Below, piece after piece: positions 22,406 to 30,905 of a DNA stretch of 32,000 nt. The position numbers were made by a program, and so were the translations under genes. Location: contig CAVPEQ010000004.1 in assembly GCA_963703465.1 (NCBI GenBank), positions 57,893 through 89,892 on the forward strand, written 5' to 3'. This DNA is from an uncultured Acidobacteriota bacterium. Lineage in GTDB: Bacteria > Acidobacteriota > Terriglobia > Terriglobales > Acidobacteriaceae. Numbering within the stretch: position 1 is the first letter of the stretch; each line of letters starts with the position of its first letter. The notes beneath the pieces were generated by a model. That model ran no database searches. It was given only the letters and a program-made list of their open reading frames with translations, and was not told the DNA's origin.

Positions 22406-23991
22406 GCTGTACGTCTGCCTTTGGCGGGAATAAGAGCGGCAATCACCGCTCCGATTGAAATTATCGCACACAGATATGCCAGCCAATCACCGTAGCGCGT
22501 GTAGAACGTGGTGCGATCGTTCAGGCCATAAGACGCTTGCAGCACGGTGCGAACTTTGCGCGGCACGGATTGTTCGACTCTCCCATCTGGATCGATGGCG
22601 GCAGTCACGCCGGTATTGGTGCTGCGCAAAAGCCAGCGCGCATTCTCAATCGCCCGCATCCGCGCCTGCTTCAAATGTTGCGCGTACGCGCCGCTGTCGC
22701 CATACCAGCCGTCATTTGAGATGTTCACGAAAACCTGAGCGCCGTTTTTTGCAAACTGCCGCACTTCGTCAGGGAAGATCGACTCGTAACATATGAACAC
22801 GCCAAGTTTTTCGTCGCCAGCTTGCAACGGCACGCGCGCTTGGCCGCGCGAAAAGTCACCGACTTCTTTGGTCAATCCTCCCGCAAACCCAAGCCAATCT
22901 TTGAACGGCAAATACTCGCCGAACGGCACCAGATGAACTTTGTCGTACCGCGCGACGAATTCTCCATCCGGGCTGACCAGCGCCCCCGAGTTGAAAATCT
23001 GGCTGGGTTGCTGGGGAGACAATTTCGCGTTCTCCACGCCGATACTGCCGGCGACCACCCACGTATGACCGCTGGTCGCCAGCTTCCCGATCGCCGTCCG
23101 AAACAGCGGATCGCCACCATAAAAAGGTGCCGGCGATTCCGGCCACGCGATCAGGCTCGGATGTTGCAGCATTCCCCCCGGAGGGTTCAGGCTCATCGTG
23201 CTGAGATTGGTTAGAGTGTCGTCGAAAAACTGTTTAGTCCAGTCATTGCTATCCAGCACCGGAATATTTTCCTGCACCAGCAGCGCAGTTCGCTCAGTAG
23301 GAAACTTCGGCGCCGGAATCCATTGCGCGCTTTGTAAAAGCAGCGCCGCAGCCACGGCCGCAAACAGTAAAGACCGTCGCCGGCTGCGATGTATAAGAAA
23401 TGCCGCCGCAAATGCGGCATTCACGATCATGATCTCGAGCGAGATTCCATAGACTCCTGTGACAGCCGCCAGCCTGGACAGCGCAATATTGTCCACCTGC
23501 GTGATTCCGAGCAGGTCCCAGGGGAAGCCGGTAATGCGGGTTCGCGCCAGTTCTACCGCGACCCACACAAACGGCGACAACACCAAAGCCGCGCGTTGCG
23601 ACCATTTTGCGAGCACGGCGATAACTAACCCAAACAATCCGTGATACAAGCCCAGGTACAGACTGAAGAGAAACAACAGACCGGCAGCCCCCGCGCTGTT
23701 GATCCCGCCATACTGCTTCATGGTGCTGTAAATCCAATAGCAACTGCCGCAGTACCAGAAAATCCCGCAAACGTATCCCAGCAGAAATCCTTGCAATGGC
23801 GTGGCTGGCAGCAGCTTCACCGCGCCTTCCAACTGCAGCCTGTCAGGACGCCGCGACCGCAGCAACGCCACCAGCAACGGAGCGACCGCGATCCAACTGA
23901 GCACGTACAAATTCGGCAGGGGAAAAATTAAGACCTGCAACACCGCCGACGCGACGGTCAGCAGCCATGCCTTGCTTTCGATTCCACGCAT
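22402..23991 (-). CDS. lnt: Apolipoprotein N-acyltransferase
   Basis: It has a multi-TM N-terminal half and a C-terminal nitrilase/CN-hydrolase domain with the catalytic context (LLVQENIP, KVHLVPFGEYLP, VFICYESIF). It is 529 aa. Its stop overlaps the prfB start (ATGA). Confidence 0.9.
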   Translation of the reverse strand: MRGIESKAWLLTVASAVLQVLIFPLPNLYVLSWIAVAPLLVALLRSRRPDRLQLEGAVKLLPATPLQGFLLGYVCGIFWYCGSCYWIYSTMKQYGGINSAGAAGLLFLFSLYLGLYHGLFGLVIAVLAKWSQRAALVLSPFVWVAVELARTRITGFPWDLLGITQVDNIALSRLAAVTGVYGISLEIMIVNAAFAAAFLIHRSRRRSLLFAAVAAALLLQSAQWIPAPKFPTERTALLVQENIPVLDSNDWTKQFFDDTLTNLSTMSLNPPGGMLQHPSLIAWPESPAPFYGGDPLFRTAIGKLATSGHTWVVAGSIGVENAKLSPQQPSQIFNSGALVSPDGEFVARYDKVHLVPFGEYLPFKDWLGFAGGLTKEVGDFSRGQARVPLQAGDEKLGVFICYESIFPDEVRQFAKNGAQVFVNISNDGWYGDSGAYAQHLKQARMRAIENARWLLRSTNTGVTAAIDPDGRVEQSVPRKVRTVLQASYGLNDRTTFYTRYGDWLAYLCAIISIGAVIAALIPAKGRRTA

Positions 23992-24108
23992 GAATGAAAA
24001 AGGATATCAGGGGATGGGCAACGATGACTGTGTACCAGCGAAGCTGCACGGTTCCGTCGTGCAGGGCAGGGCAGATCGTTCATCGGGCTCTAATATTCTG
24101 CCCGGTCC

Positions 24109-24954
24109 TCATGCCGCATCGTCGTACGCGAGGGAAGATGAGAGCTCCCGGTATGCATCAGTCTGCTGCCGGAGCGTTGCGGCCACTTGCTCTGCGGTGC
24201 CAACGGCATCTGCACCTGCAATGAAGCGCCGTGGCGGCTTTTCCTGATCGGAGATCGTAATCAATGCCCGCGCAAGCTTGGCGGGATCGCCGGACTGCTG
24301 GCCGTTGTAGCCTCTCCAGAATTCCATTTGCTTCGCTCTGCGCTCGTTATAGTCCTCAATGGTCCGCTCTGCGAAATTTGTAGATTCTTCGGTAAGAAGC
24401 TCTGTCCGGAAGAAGCCCGGATTGACAGTGATGGTGTTGATGCCAAACGGTTCGACTTCAGCCTGCAGCGACTGCATCCAGCCCTCAAGGCCGAACTTCG
24501 ACGCGGCGTAGGCGGTGCCGAACTCAAAACCGATGAGCCCTGCCGTCGATGAGATCGTGATTATGAGCCCTGAACGCTGCTTGCGCATGACTGGCAGAAC
24601 GGCGCGGGTTACGTTCATCGGGCCAACCAGACTGGTCGACAACTGCCGCTCCATCTGCTCTGGCGACAATTCTTCAAAAAATCCTGCATAAAAGTTTGCG
24701 GCATTGTTGACCAGCACATCTATGCGGCCAAACCGGTCAACGGCCGCCTTAACCGCAGACTCCGCGTCAGCCGGTTTGGTGATGTCCAATTCCACGATCA
24801 GAAGTTCGGCAGATTTTCCAAGGGCCTTCGCCACCCTGGCAGTATTGCGGCCGGTAGCGACGACTTTATGGCCGCGAGCCAAAGCCGCCTTGGCGATATC
24901 CACGCCCAGGCCGCGGCCGGCGCCGGTGACGAGCCAGACTTTACTGGTGGCCAT
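24109..24954 (-). CDS. SDR-family NAD(P)-dependent oxidoreductase
   Basis: It has TGAGRGLG (TGxxxGxG), NNAA, and the catalytic S...YAASK (YxxxK). It is 281 aa. Confidence 0.9.
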   Translation of the reverse strand: MATSKVWLVTGAGRGLGVDIAKAALARGHKVVATGRNTARVAKALGKSAELLIVELDITKPADAESAVKAAVDRFGRIDVLVNNAANFYAGFFEELSPEQMERQLSTSLVGPMNVTRAVLPVMRKQRSGLIITISSTAGLIGFEFGTAYAASKFGLEGWMQSLQAEVEPFGINTITVNPGFFRTELLTEESTNFAERTIEDYNERRAKQMEFWRGYNGQQSGDPAKLARALITISDQEKPPRRFIAGADAVGTAEQVAATLRQQTDAYRELSSSLAYDDAA

Positions 24955-24990
24955 GCTTCTTCCTCCTGTATTCGGTAGGTTGTCAGTTCC

Positions 24991-25617
24991 TCAAACCTGT
25001 ACGCTGCGCGCGAAACTGGAATGGGCCTTCAATCGTTGCTCGACAAATTCCACAACTTCGCTGCTCACATAGTCCGGTGGATCGATCATGAACACCGGGC
25101 GGTCTGGCAGTGAAATTTCCGGCCAGTTGGGTTCGCGATTTCCGCTACGGTGAACAATCACTGCATCGGCCCGTGAGAGATACTGCTGGGCCGAGTTCTT
25201 AAAATCTTCATTCGCCGGATCCAGCACCGAGATATAAACGTCTGGCTGGATAAATTTGAGAATGCTGTTCGACTCCAGGATCGCGTTCTCGGCCTCCTTC
25301 AATCTGCGCTCGATCCCCGGCATCGCCTTTTCCAGCTTGCCTTGAGCAGTGCGCACCCAGAAGGAATGTTTCGCGCCCGCCAGCAAAAAACGCGAGCTGT
25401 CAGTTTTCCCGGACGCATCTTTTTCCTCCGTGACCGCCCACGCGTGGTCCGCAGTTTCGCACTGGCAAGGTTTACCGTTGAGCGAACATCTTCCGTGACC
25501 AAATTGTGTAAGCTTGAACGCAGTCCAGTTGTAGGCAGGCAACTTCGCGATCAGCCCGGCAACGACGCTGGTTTTGCCGACGTTCCGCGAGTGCCCACCG
25601 ATAACAACAATCGCCAT
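24991..25617 (-). CDS. Uncharacterised P-loop NTPase (BioD/MobB-like SIMIBI-type Walker A)
   Basis: The N-terminus [22 protein letters not shown] (GxxxxxGKTS) resembles dethiobiotin-synthase/MobB-type loops. It is 208 aa. The start ATG shares one nt with the lpxD stop (TAATG at 25619-25615). Confidence 0.5.
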   Translation of the reverse strand: MAIVVIGGHSRNVGKTSVVAGLIAKLPAYNWTAFKLTQFGHGRCSLNGKPCQCETADHAWAVTEEKDASGKTDSSRFLLAGAKHSFWVRTAQGKLEKAMPGIERRLKEAENAILESNSILKFIQPDVYISVLDPANEDFKNSAQQYLSRADAVIVHRSGNREPNWPEISLPDRPVFMIDPPDYVSSEVVEFVEQRLKAHSSFARSVQV

Positions 25618-26604
25618 TATTCCTTCTTGCCCAATCGCGCCAGGCTAGCCAGACTGCGGAGATATTCTCGCAGCGGCTTGGCCGGAGTTCCCCAGAACGC
25701 GACGCCTTTACCGCGCAAAATCTTCTTCGGCAACACTCCCGCTTGCCCGCCTAACAGTACGCCTTCTTGGATGCGCGCGTGTTCGCCTATGCCGACCTGA
25801 CCGCCGATGACCACGTTATTTTCTATGGTTATGCTGCCCGAAAATCCAGCTTGCGCCGCGATAATCACGTCCTCGCCAAACTGGCAGTTGTGGCCGATAT
25901 GAACCAGATTATCAATCTTCGTGCCGCGCCCAATGCGCGTCGTCTCCAGCGCGCCACGATCGATGGTCGTGTTCGCCCCGATCTCCACGTCGTCGCCGAT
26001 TTCAAGTTTTCCGATCTGCGGAAACTTTTCGTGATGCCCGCTTTTTGGGTCGCGAACATACCCAAACCCATCGCTGCCGAGTACCGCGCCCGCATGCACA
26101 ATCACGCGATTTCCCAGTCGCGAACCCGGATAAATTGTCACATTCGGATAAATCTCGCAGTCCTCGCCAATCTCTACGCCGTCGCCGATCACACTTCCCG
26201 CGCCGATGTTGCTGTGCGTTGCCGATGACCGACTGTCCGACTACCGCATTCGCGCCAACTGAAACCCCGCTGCCGACTTTCGCGTTCGGGTGGACCACCG
26301 CACTGGAATGGACACCTGCTGACTGCGCCGAACTTCCCCGTAACAAATTCGCCGCGCGAGCAAACGCCAGCCGGGAATTATCGACGATCAACAGTGCGTG
26401 TGGCGCCCGCGTTTTCGCGGCAAACTCACCCGCTATAACCGCCGACGCTTTTGATTTGAGTGCGGCAGCGAGGTTCTCCGCGTTTTCCGCGAAGACTAGA
26501 TCTCCGTGCCCGGCGCTGACTACGCTCGCCACTCCTACGACTTCGACGTTACCGTCCCCAACAACGCGCGCGCCAATTTTCCCCGCCAGCTCCGTGAGCT
26601 TCAT
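25617..26604 (-). CDS. lpxD: UDP-3-O-acylglucosamine N-acyltransferase LpxD, split by an apparent frame disruption near 26211-26214 (possible pseudogene or sequence error)
   Basis: The N-terminal part (from ATG 26604: [18 protein letters not shown]...[26 protein letters not shown]) and the C-terminal part ([28 protein letters not shown]...IGHNCQFGE...) are consecutive hexapeptide-repeat LpxD sequence in two frames. The total length of 988 nt is 3n+1. Confidence 0.85.
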
Positions 26605-26772
26605 CGTCTTTGTTGTATACGTTTGCGGCGGGAAAGAAAAGCAAGGAAGCCACCGCCCAAGAGCCCATTGTGATTGATACTCGCTGCCCACAATCCTTCG
26701 CGAACCTTAGTGTCCTTCGGGTAAATGCTGTTCGCTCGCAGTTCCCACGTGCCTGTGATTAAATTGCCCTTC

Positions 26773-27489
26773 ATGAAAATTGTCGCCGTAATCCCGGCCC
26801 GGCTTGCCTCCACGCGGCTGCCTCGCAAAATGTTGCGGGAAATTAATGGGAAGCCGCTGGCCGTCTGGGTCTACAAAGCGGTGCGCGCATCGTCCCTGCT
26901 CGACGACGTCATTATCGCCACCGACTCCAAAGAAATCCTCGCAGCCTGCGAGAAGCACGCCTGCAATGCCCGCATGACCTCCGACCAGCATCGCAGCGGC
27001 ACCGAACGCGTGCACGAAGTTTCGCAATCCATTCCCGCAGATGTCTACATCAACGTGCAAGGCGACGAGCCCATGATTCGCTCTGCTCACATCGAAGCGC
27101 TGGCCGGGTTGATGAAAAATCCCGACATCCCGGTAGGAACCCTGAAAACTCCAGCCTCATCAGATGACATCGCCAATCCCAACGCCGTAAAAGTCGTGGC
27201 CGACGCAACCGGGCGCAGCTTGTATTTTTCCCGCTCCACCATCCCCCACGATCGCGATAACACTCAGCCCAAGTACTTCAAGCACCTGGGAATCTACGCC
27301 TACCGCAAGCCGTATCTCGATAAATTCGTAACCCTGCCGGAATCGAATCTGGAGCGCGCCGAACGCCTCGAGCAGCTGCGATTTTTAGAAAATGGAATCC
27401 CCATCTACGTAGCAGAAACCGCTTATGACAGTATCGGCGTGGACACCGAGCAGGATTTCCTGCAAGTAAGTAGGCTGCTTGCGAAATAG
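26773..27489 (+). CDS. kdsB: 3-deoxy-manno-octulosonate cytidylyltransferase (CMP-KDO synthetase)
   Basis: From ATG at 26773 the protein reads MKIVAVIPARLASTRLPRKML..INGKPL...IATD...HRSGTERV...VQGDEP. This is the typical KdsB pattern. It is divergent from lpxD. Confidence 0.9.
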   Translation: MKIVAVIPARLASTRLPRKMLREINGKPLAVWVYKAVRASSLLDDVIIATDSKEILAACEKHACNARMTSDQHRSGTERVHEVSQSIPADVYINVQGDEPMIRSAHIEALAGLMKNPDIPVGTLKTPASSDDIANPNAVKVVADATGRSLYFSRSTIPHDRDNTQPKYFKHLGIYAYRKPYLDKFVTLPESNLERAERLEQLRFLENGIPIYVAETAYDSIGVDTEQDFLQVSRLLAK

Positions 27490-27566
27490 GCTTGCCACCG
27501 TTTCACTGAGGACTTGGGTGTGTAATCTCCTGATTTCGACCCTCACCCTAGACAATGATGGCGTGA

Positions 27567-28079
27567 TTGAATCAGAATACCGCTGTGACTCTACTCAATT
27601 TCCTTCCTGCGGCCACCGTCATGGTGCTGCTTGTCGGGTTTGTCGCCATCCTCTTCACGTTTCGCACACGATCTATGCGCGCTTTTGCCGCCAGACGGGG
27701 TTTCAAATACATCGGTCCCAGTGTTCCGAGTTTTTGGGGCTTCTACTATTTCCGCAAGGTCAAACCCCCTATTCCGCTTCCCCACGCTTGTCATCTGGTA
27801 GGTGAAATCAGACAGGCTTGGAATGTAATCGAGGGACAACAAAACAGATCATCGGTTCTCATTTTCGACAGCGCAATCGGGGGACGCACCTATTGCACAT
27901 TTATGGCGTCCCAAGCCGAACAAAACCCATTCGGACTGGATACTCCGCCAGACCGCATATTTCAGTCGGGTGGATGGACCGTGCATTATCGAGTTCGGTG
28001 GCCTTCGATCATCCCGTGGACAATGAGCATACAGCGCCTCGACGACCATGTGAATAAGTTGCTGATTGGCTCGGTCTGA
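27567..28079 (+). CDS. Hypothetical membrane-anchored protein (170 aa, TTG start)
   Basis: It has one N-terminal TM helix (LLNFLPAATVMVLLVGFVAILFTF). I recognise no motif. An intrinsic terminator follows it. Confidence 0.5.
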   Translation: MNQNTAVTLLNFLPAATVMVLLVGFVAILFTFRTRSMRAFAARRGFKYIGPSVPSFWGFYYFRKVKPPIPLPHACHLVGEIRQAWNVIEGQQNRSSVLIFDSAIGGRTYCTFMASQAEQNPFGLDTPPDRIFQSGGWTVHYRVRWPSIIPWTMSIQRLDDHVNKLLIGSV

Positions 28080-28119
28080 GAGCCGAGTTGTTACAAAATC
28101 GCTACGGCACTCACAACAA

Positions 28120-28151
28120 GTTGAAGGTCTGTGCAGACGCCTTCAACTTTT
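28120..28151. terminator. Probable bidirectional intrinsic terminator between convergent genes
   Basis: The stem GTTGAAGG (28120-28127) / CCTTCAAC (28140-28147) has an inner TCT/AGA helix and is followed by TTTT (28148-28151) on the plus strand. On the minus strand it is followed by TTGTTGTG. It overlaps the stop codon of the M48 gene (28143-28145). Confidence 0.55.
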
Positions 28152-29282
28152 AGCTTTCGCCCAGGCTTCCGCCGCCGCCACCCTCCGCGCAATGGCCGGA
28201 TGCGAATGAAACCACCACTCCACCCACCGCGATGGCGTTCTTTCAGCAAGATTCTGATCAGCCAGCTTATTCATCGACGAAATAAACGGCCCGGGAGTAG
28301 CAATGTTTGATAACGCATATCGATCAGCCTGGCGCTCATGAAAGCGCGACAGCCCATTCAGGGCCGGCATCAGGACAAAAGACAGCACCGTGAAAGTGAG
28401 CACCAGCAGCGGCAGGTTCGCAAAATCCGACATCGATTCGAATATGTGCCAGCGATTAATGGCATAGTGCAACGTCCAGTTAGCGGCCCAGAAGCCAATG
28501 AACGTGACCACCGCCTGCACGCCGATGCTCTTAAGAATGTGTTTGTGAACGTGATGGCCGAGTTCATGCGCCAGCACCGCTTCGATTTCATCCTGCGAAT
28601 AATTCTCGAGCAAGGTGTCCGCCAGAATGATGCGTCGCGTCGCTCCCAGCCCGGTCAACGCGGCATTCGCCTTCTTGCTCTTTTCCGACAAGTGCCACTT
28701 GTACACCCCGCGGATTCGCGTCCCCGCCCGTTCGCCCAGCCGCACCAGGCGCAACTTCAAATCCTCATCATGCAGCGGTTCAAACTTATAAAAGATTGGA
28801 AACAGCACCACCGGCGCCAGCTGCGCCATCAGAATCGCAATCCCCAGAAATCCGATCCACGCCACCAGCCACCAGTGTGCCGGAAAGTCGCGGATAATCA
28901 AGTACAGCAACTCAACCAGCCCCGCGCCCAGAATCGCGGTCAGCAACAGGCCCTTGATCTCGTCCCAAATCCAAGCCCGCAGCCGCTGGTTCGAAAGTTG
29001 ATACCGGTGTTCGACGCGGAAGCCGTAATAGTCGAGGCCGAGCGAAACCGCCTTGCTCACCGCGATCAGCATCAGCACATACAAAAAAAGTGCCAGCGCA
29101 TAACTTTGAGCCCCGGCATGCCATGCTAAGTCCCGCAGCCACGCGGTCCAGCCCGTGAGCAGCAGCACAACTAGCAGCCCCAGCCCGAGCAGAAACTCGC
29201 TCAAACCTACGCGCCGGCGAATCTGGTTGTACTTGCGCGCCTCGGCGGAATCGGGATGTTGGACTGTGCCCGGAGAAGCCAT
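28143..29282 (-). CDS. M48-family zinc metallopeptidase (Ste24/HtpX-like, membrane-embedded)
   Basis: It has HELGHHVHKH (HExxH), a downstream ERQADRYAL, and multiple TM helices. It is 379 aa. Confidence 0.85.
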   Translation of the reverse strand: MASPGTVQHPDSAEARKYNQIRRRVGLSEFLLGLGLLVVLLLTGWTAWLRDLAWHAGAQSYALALFLYVLMLIAVSKAVSLGLDYYGFRVEHRYQLSNQRLRAWIWDEIKGLLLTAILGAGLVELLYLIIRDFPAHWWLVAWIGFLGIAILMAQLAPVVLFPIFYKFEPLHDEDLKLRLVRLGERAGTRIRGVYKWHLSEKSKKANAALTGLGATRRIILADTLLENYSQDEIEAVLAHELGHHVHKHILKSIGVQAVVTFIGFWAANWTLHYAINRWHIFESMSDFANLPLLVLTFTVLSFVLMPALNGLSRFHERQADRYALSNIATPGPFISSMNKLADQNLAERTPSRWVEWWFHSHPAIARRVAAAEAWAKAKS

Positions 29283-29359
29283 CGGCTAGATTATTGCATT
29301 GCCAGGCAAGTGGGCGCGAGGTACGAAAGAGGAATTGCAACTTGTACTAGCGGCGTATA

Positions 29360-30841
29360 CTAAGCGCCCTGCACGAAGGCTTCGCCGGTACCCAATATTT
29401 CCTGCACCAGCTCCGGCGATGCCGCTTCCGCATAAACCCGCAATAACGGCTCCGTGCCCGAAGCGCGAAACAGGATCCATGCCTCAGCCCCATTCCCGTT
29501 GGTCGGTGCATCGAGAAAGAACTTAATCCCGTCGAGTGTTTCTTTCTTGATCACGCCATATTTCCCGAGGCGCTTTGTGGATTCCGACTTCGCCCGTTCG
29601 ATGGCGCCGAACTTAATATCGTCAGCGATGTGAAGATCGCGGCGTCCATAAAAATGCGGCCCGTATTCCTTCTGTAACGAAGCCACCAGCGCGCCCAGCG
29701 GCTTCTTCTCTTCCGCCAGCACATTCGCCAGCAGCAGGGAATTCAGAATACCGTCGCGCTCCGGAAGATACCGCGAATATCCGATCCCGCCCGACTCTTC
29801 GCCGCCAATCACGATCTCCCGCTCCATCATCAAATCGGCAATGTGTTTGAATCCGATCGGGCACTCGTTCAACTTGCGCCCATATTTACCTGCGATGCGG
29901 TCGAGCATGCGCGTGGTATTGAACGCGCGCACCACCTCGCCCGGCCACTGCTTGCGCCGCAACACCCACTCCAGCAGCACAGAAAATATTTTGTGTGAAT
30001 CCACAAAGCTGCCGTCTTCCGCGACTGCGCCAATTCGATCGGCATCGCCGTCGGTCGCAAAACCCGCATGGCAATGTTCGCGCACCACCGTCTCCTGCAG
30101 CATGCGCACATGCGGCTCGATCGGCTCAGGATTAATCTCCGGGAACAGCGGATTGACTTCCTGCCGTATCGCCACAAAATCGATCCCGTGTTCTTTAAAA
30201 ATTTGCGCCAGAATCCCGCGCCCCGAACCGTACATGGAATCCACAGCAAATTTAAATTTCGCTTTCGCAATCAAATCCAGATCAGCAAACTTGCAAACCG
30301 CGCGAATGTACGCCGGCTTCAGATCAACCTCCTCGATCTTCGCCTGCTTGCCTTTCGGAGCCGTTCCCGCGGCCACCTCCTGCTCGATCACTTTCATGAT
30401 CGCCGGGGTCGCCGATCCGCCAAACTTCGCCTTGAATTTGACGCCATTCCAATTCCACGGATTGTGGCTTGAAGTGATGACCACGCCCCCGGCAGCGCCC
30501 ATGTTTTTCACCGCAAACGAAATCGCCGGAGTCGGAGAGTAATCGCTGGCCAGCTTAATCGGAATTCCTGCGGCAGCCAATACCTCCGCCGCAGCCCGCG
30601 CGAATTGCGGCGATCCAAACCGCGTGTCATAGCCCACGATCAACCCGCGAGACGGATCTTCATGCTTCAGCACATACGCCGCGATCGCCCCCGCAACCCG
30701 GCGCACATTTTCAAACGTGAAATCGTCGGCGATGATCGCGCGCCAACCGTCAGTGCCGAACTTGATGGGAGCCATCGGTCGCCGGTCATCGGTCGTCGGC
30801 AATGGCGGATTGATGTTTGCGGTTTTAGTTTCTGTGACCAT
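29360..30841 (-). CDS. Phosphoglucomutase/phosphomannomutase-family (alpha-D-phosphohexomutase) enzyme; start ambiguous (30841, 30775 or 30865)
   Basis: It has FGTDGWR, the active-site TSSHNPWNWNG, the metal loop TDGDADR, and GGEESGG. ATG at 30841 follows GAGGATAGGGAG. ATG at 30775 (MAPIKFGTDGWR) fits the usual N-terminus of the family but has no SD. Confidence 0.9.
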   Translation of the reverse strand: MVTETKTANINPPLPTTDDRRPMAPIKFGTDGWRAIIADDFTFENVRRVAGAIAAYVLKHEDPSRGLIVGYDTRFGSPQFARAAAEVLAAAGIPIKLASDYSPTPAISFAVKNMGAAGGVVITSSHNPWNWNGVKFKAKFGGSATPAIMKVIEQEVAAGTAPKGKQAKIEEVDLKPAYIRAVCKFADLDLIAKAKFKFAVDSMYGSGRGILAQIFKEHGIDFVAIRQEVNPLFPEINPEPIEPHVRMLQETVVREHCHAGFATDGDADRIGAVAEDGSFVDSHKIFSVLLEWVLRRKQWPGEVVRAFNTTRMLDRIAGKYGRKLNECPIGFKHIADLMMEREIVIGGEESGGIGYSRYLPERDGILNSLLLANVLAEEKKPLGALVASLQKEYGPHFYGRRDLHIADDIKFGAIERAKSESTKRLGKYGVIKKETLDGIKFFLDAPTNGNGAEAWILFRASGTEPLLRVYAEAASPELVQEILGTGEAFVQGA

Positions 30842-30899
30842 CAGCTCCCTATCCTCTTCGCGCACTGGCCGACGACCGAAGACCGAAGGCCGACGACCC
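30774..30899. repeat. Family D hairpin (D1) built from GACCGA[AC] / [AG]TCGGTC heptads
   Basis: Arm 30774-30800 is ATCGGTC GCCGGTC ATCGGTC GTCGGC. Arm 30868-30899 is GCCGAC GACCGAA GACCGAA GGCCGAC GACCC. The arms are reverse complementary at about 22 of 27 positions. The loop is 68 nt. Confidence 0.8.
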
Positions 30900-30905
30900 G
30901 TTTTC

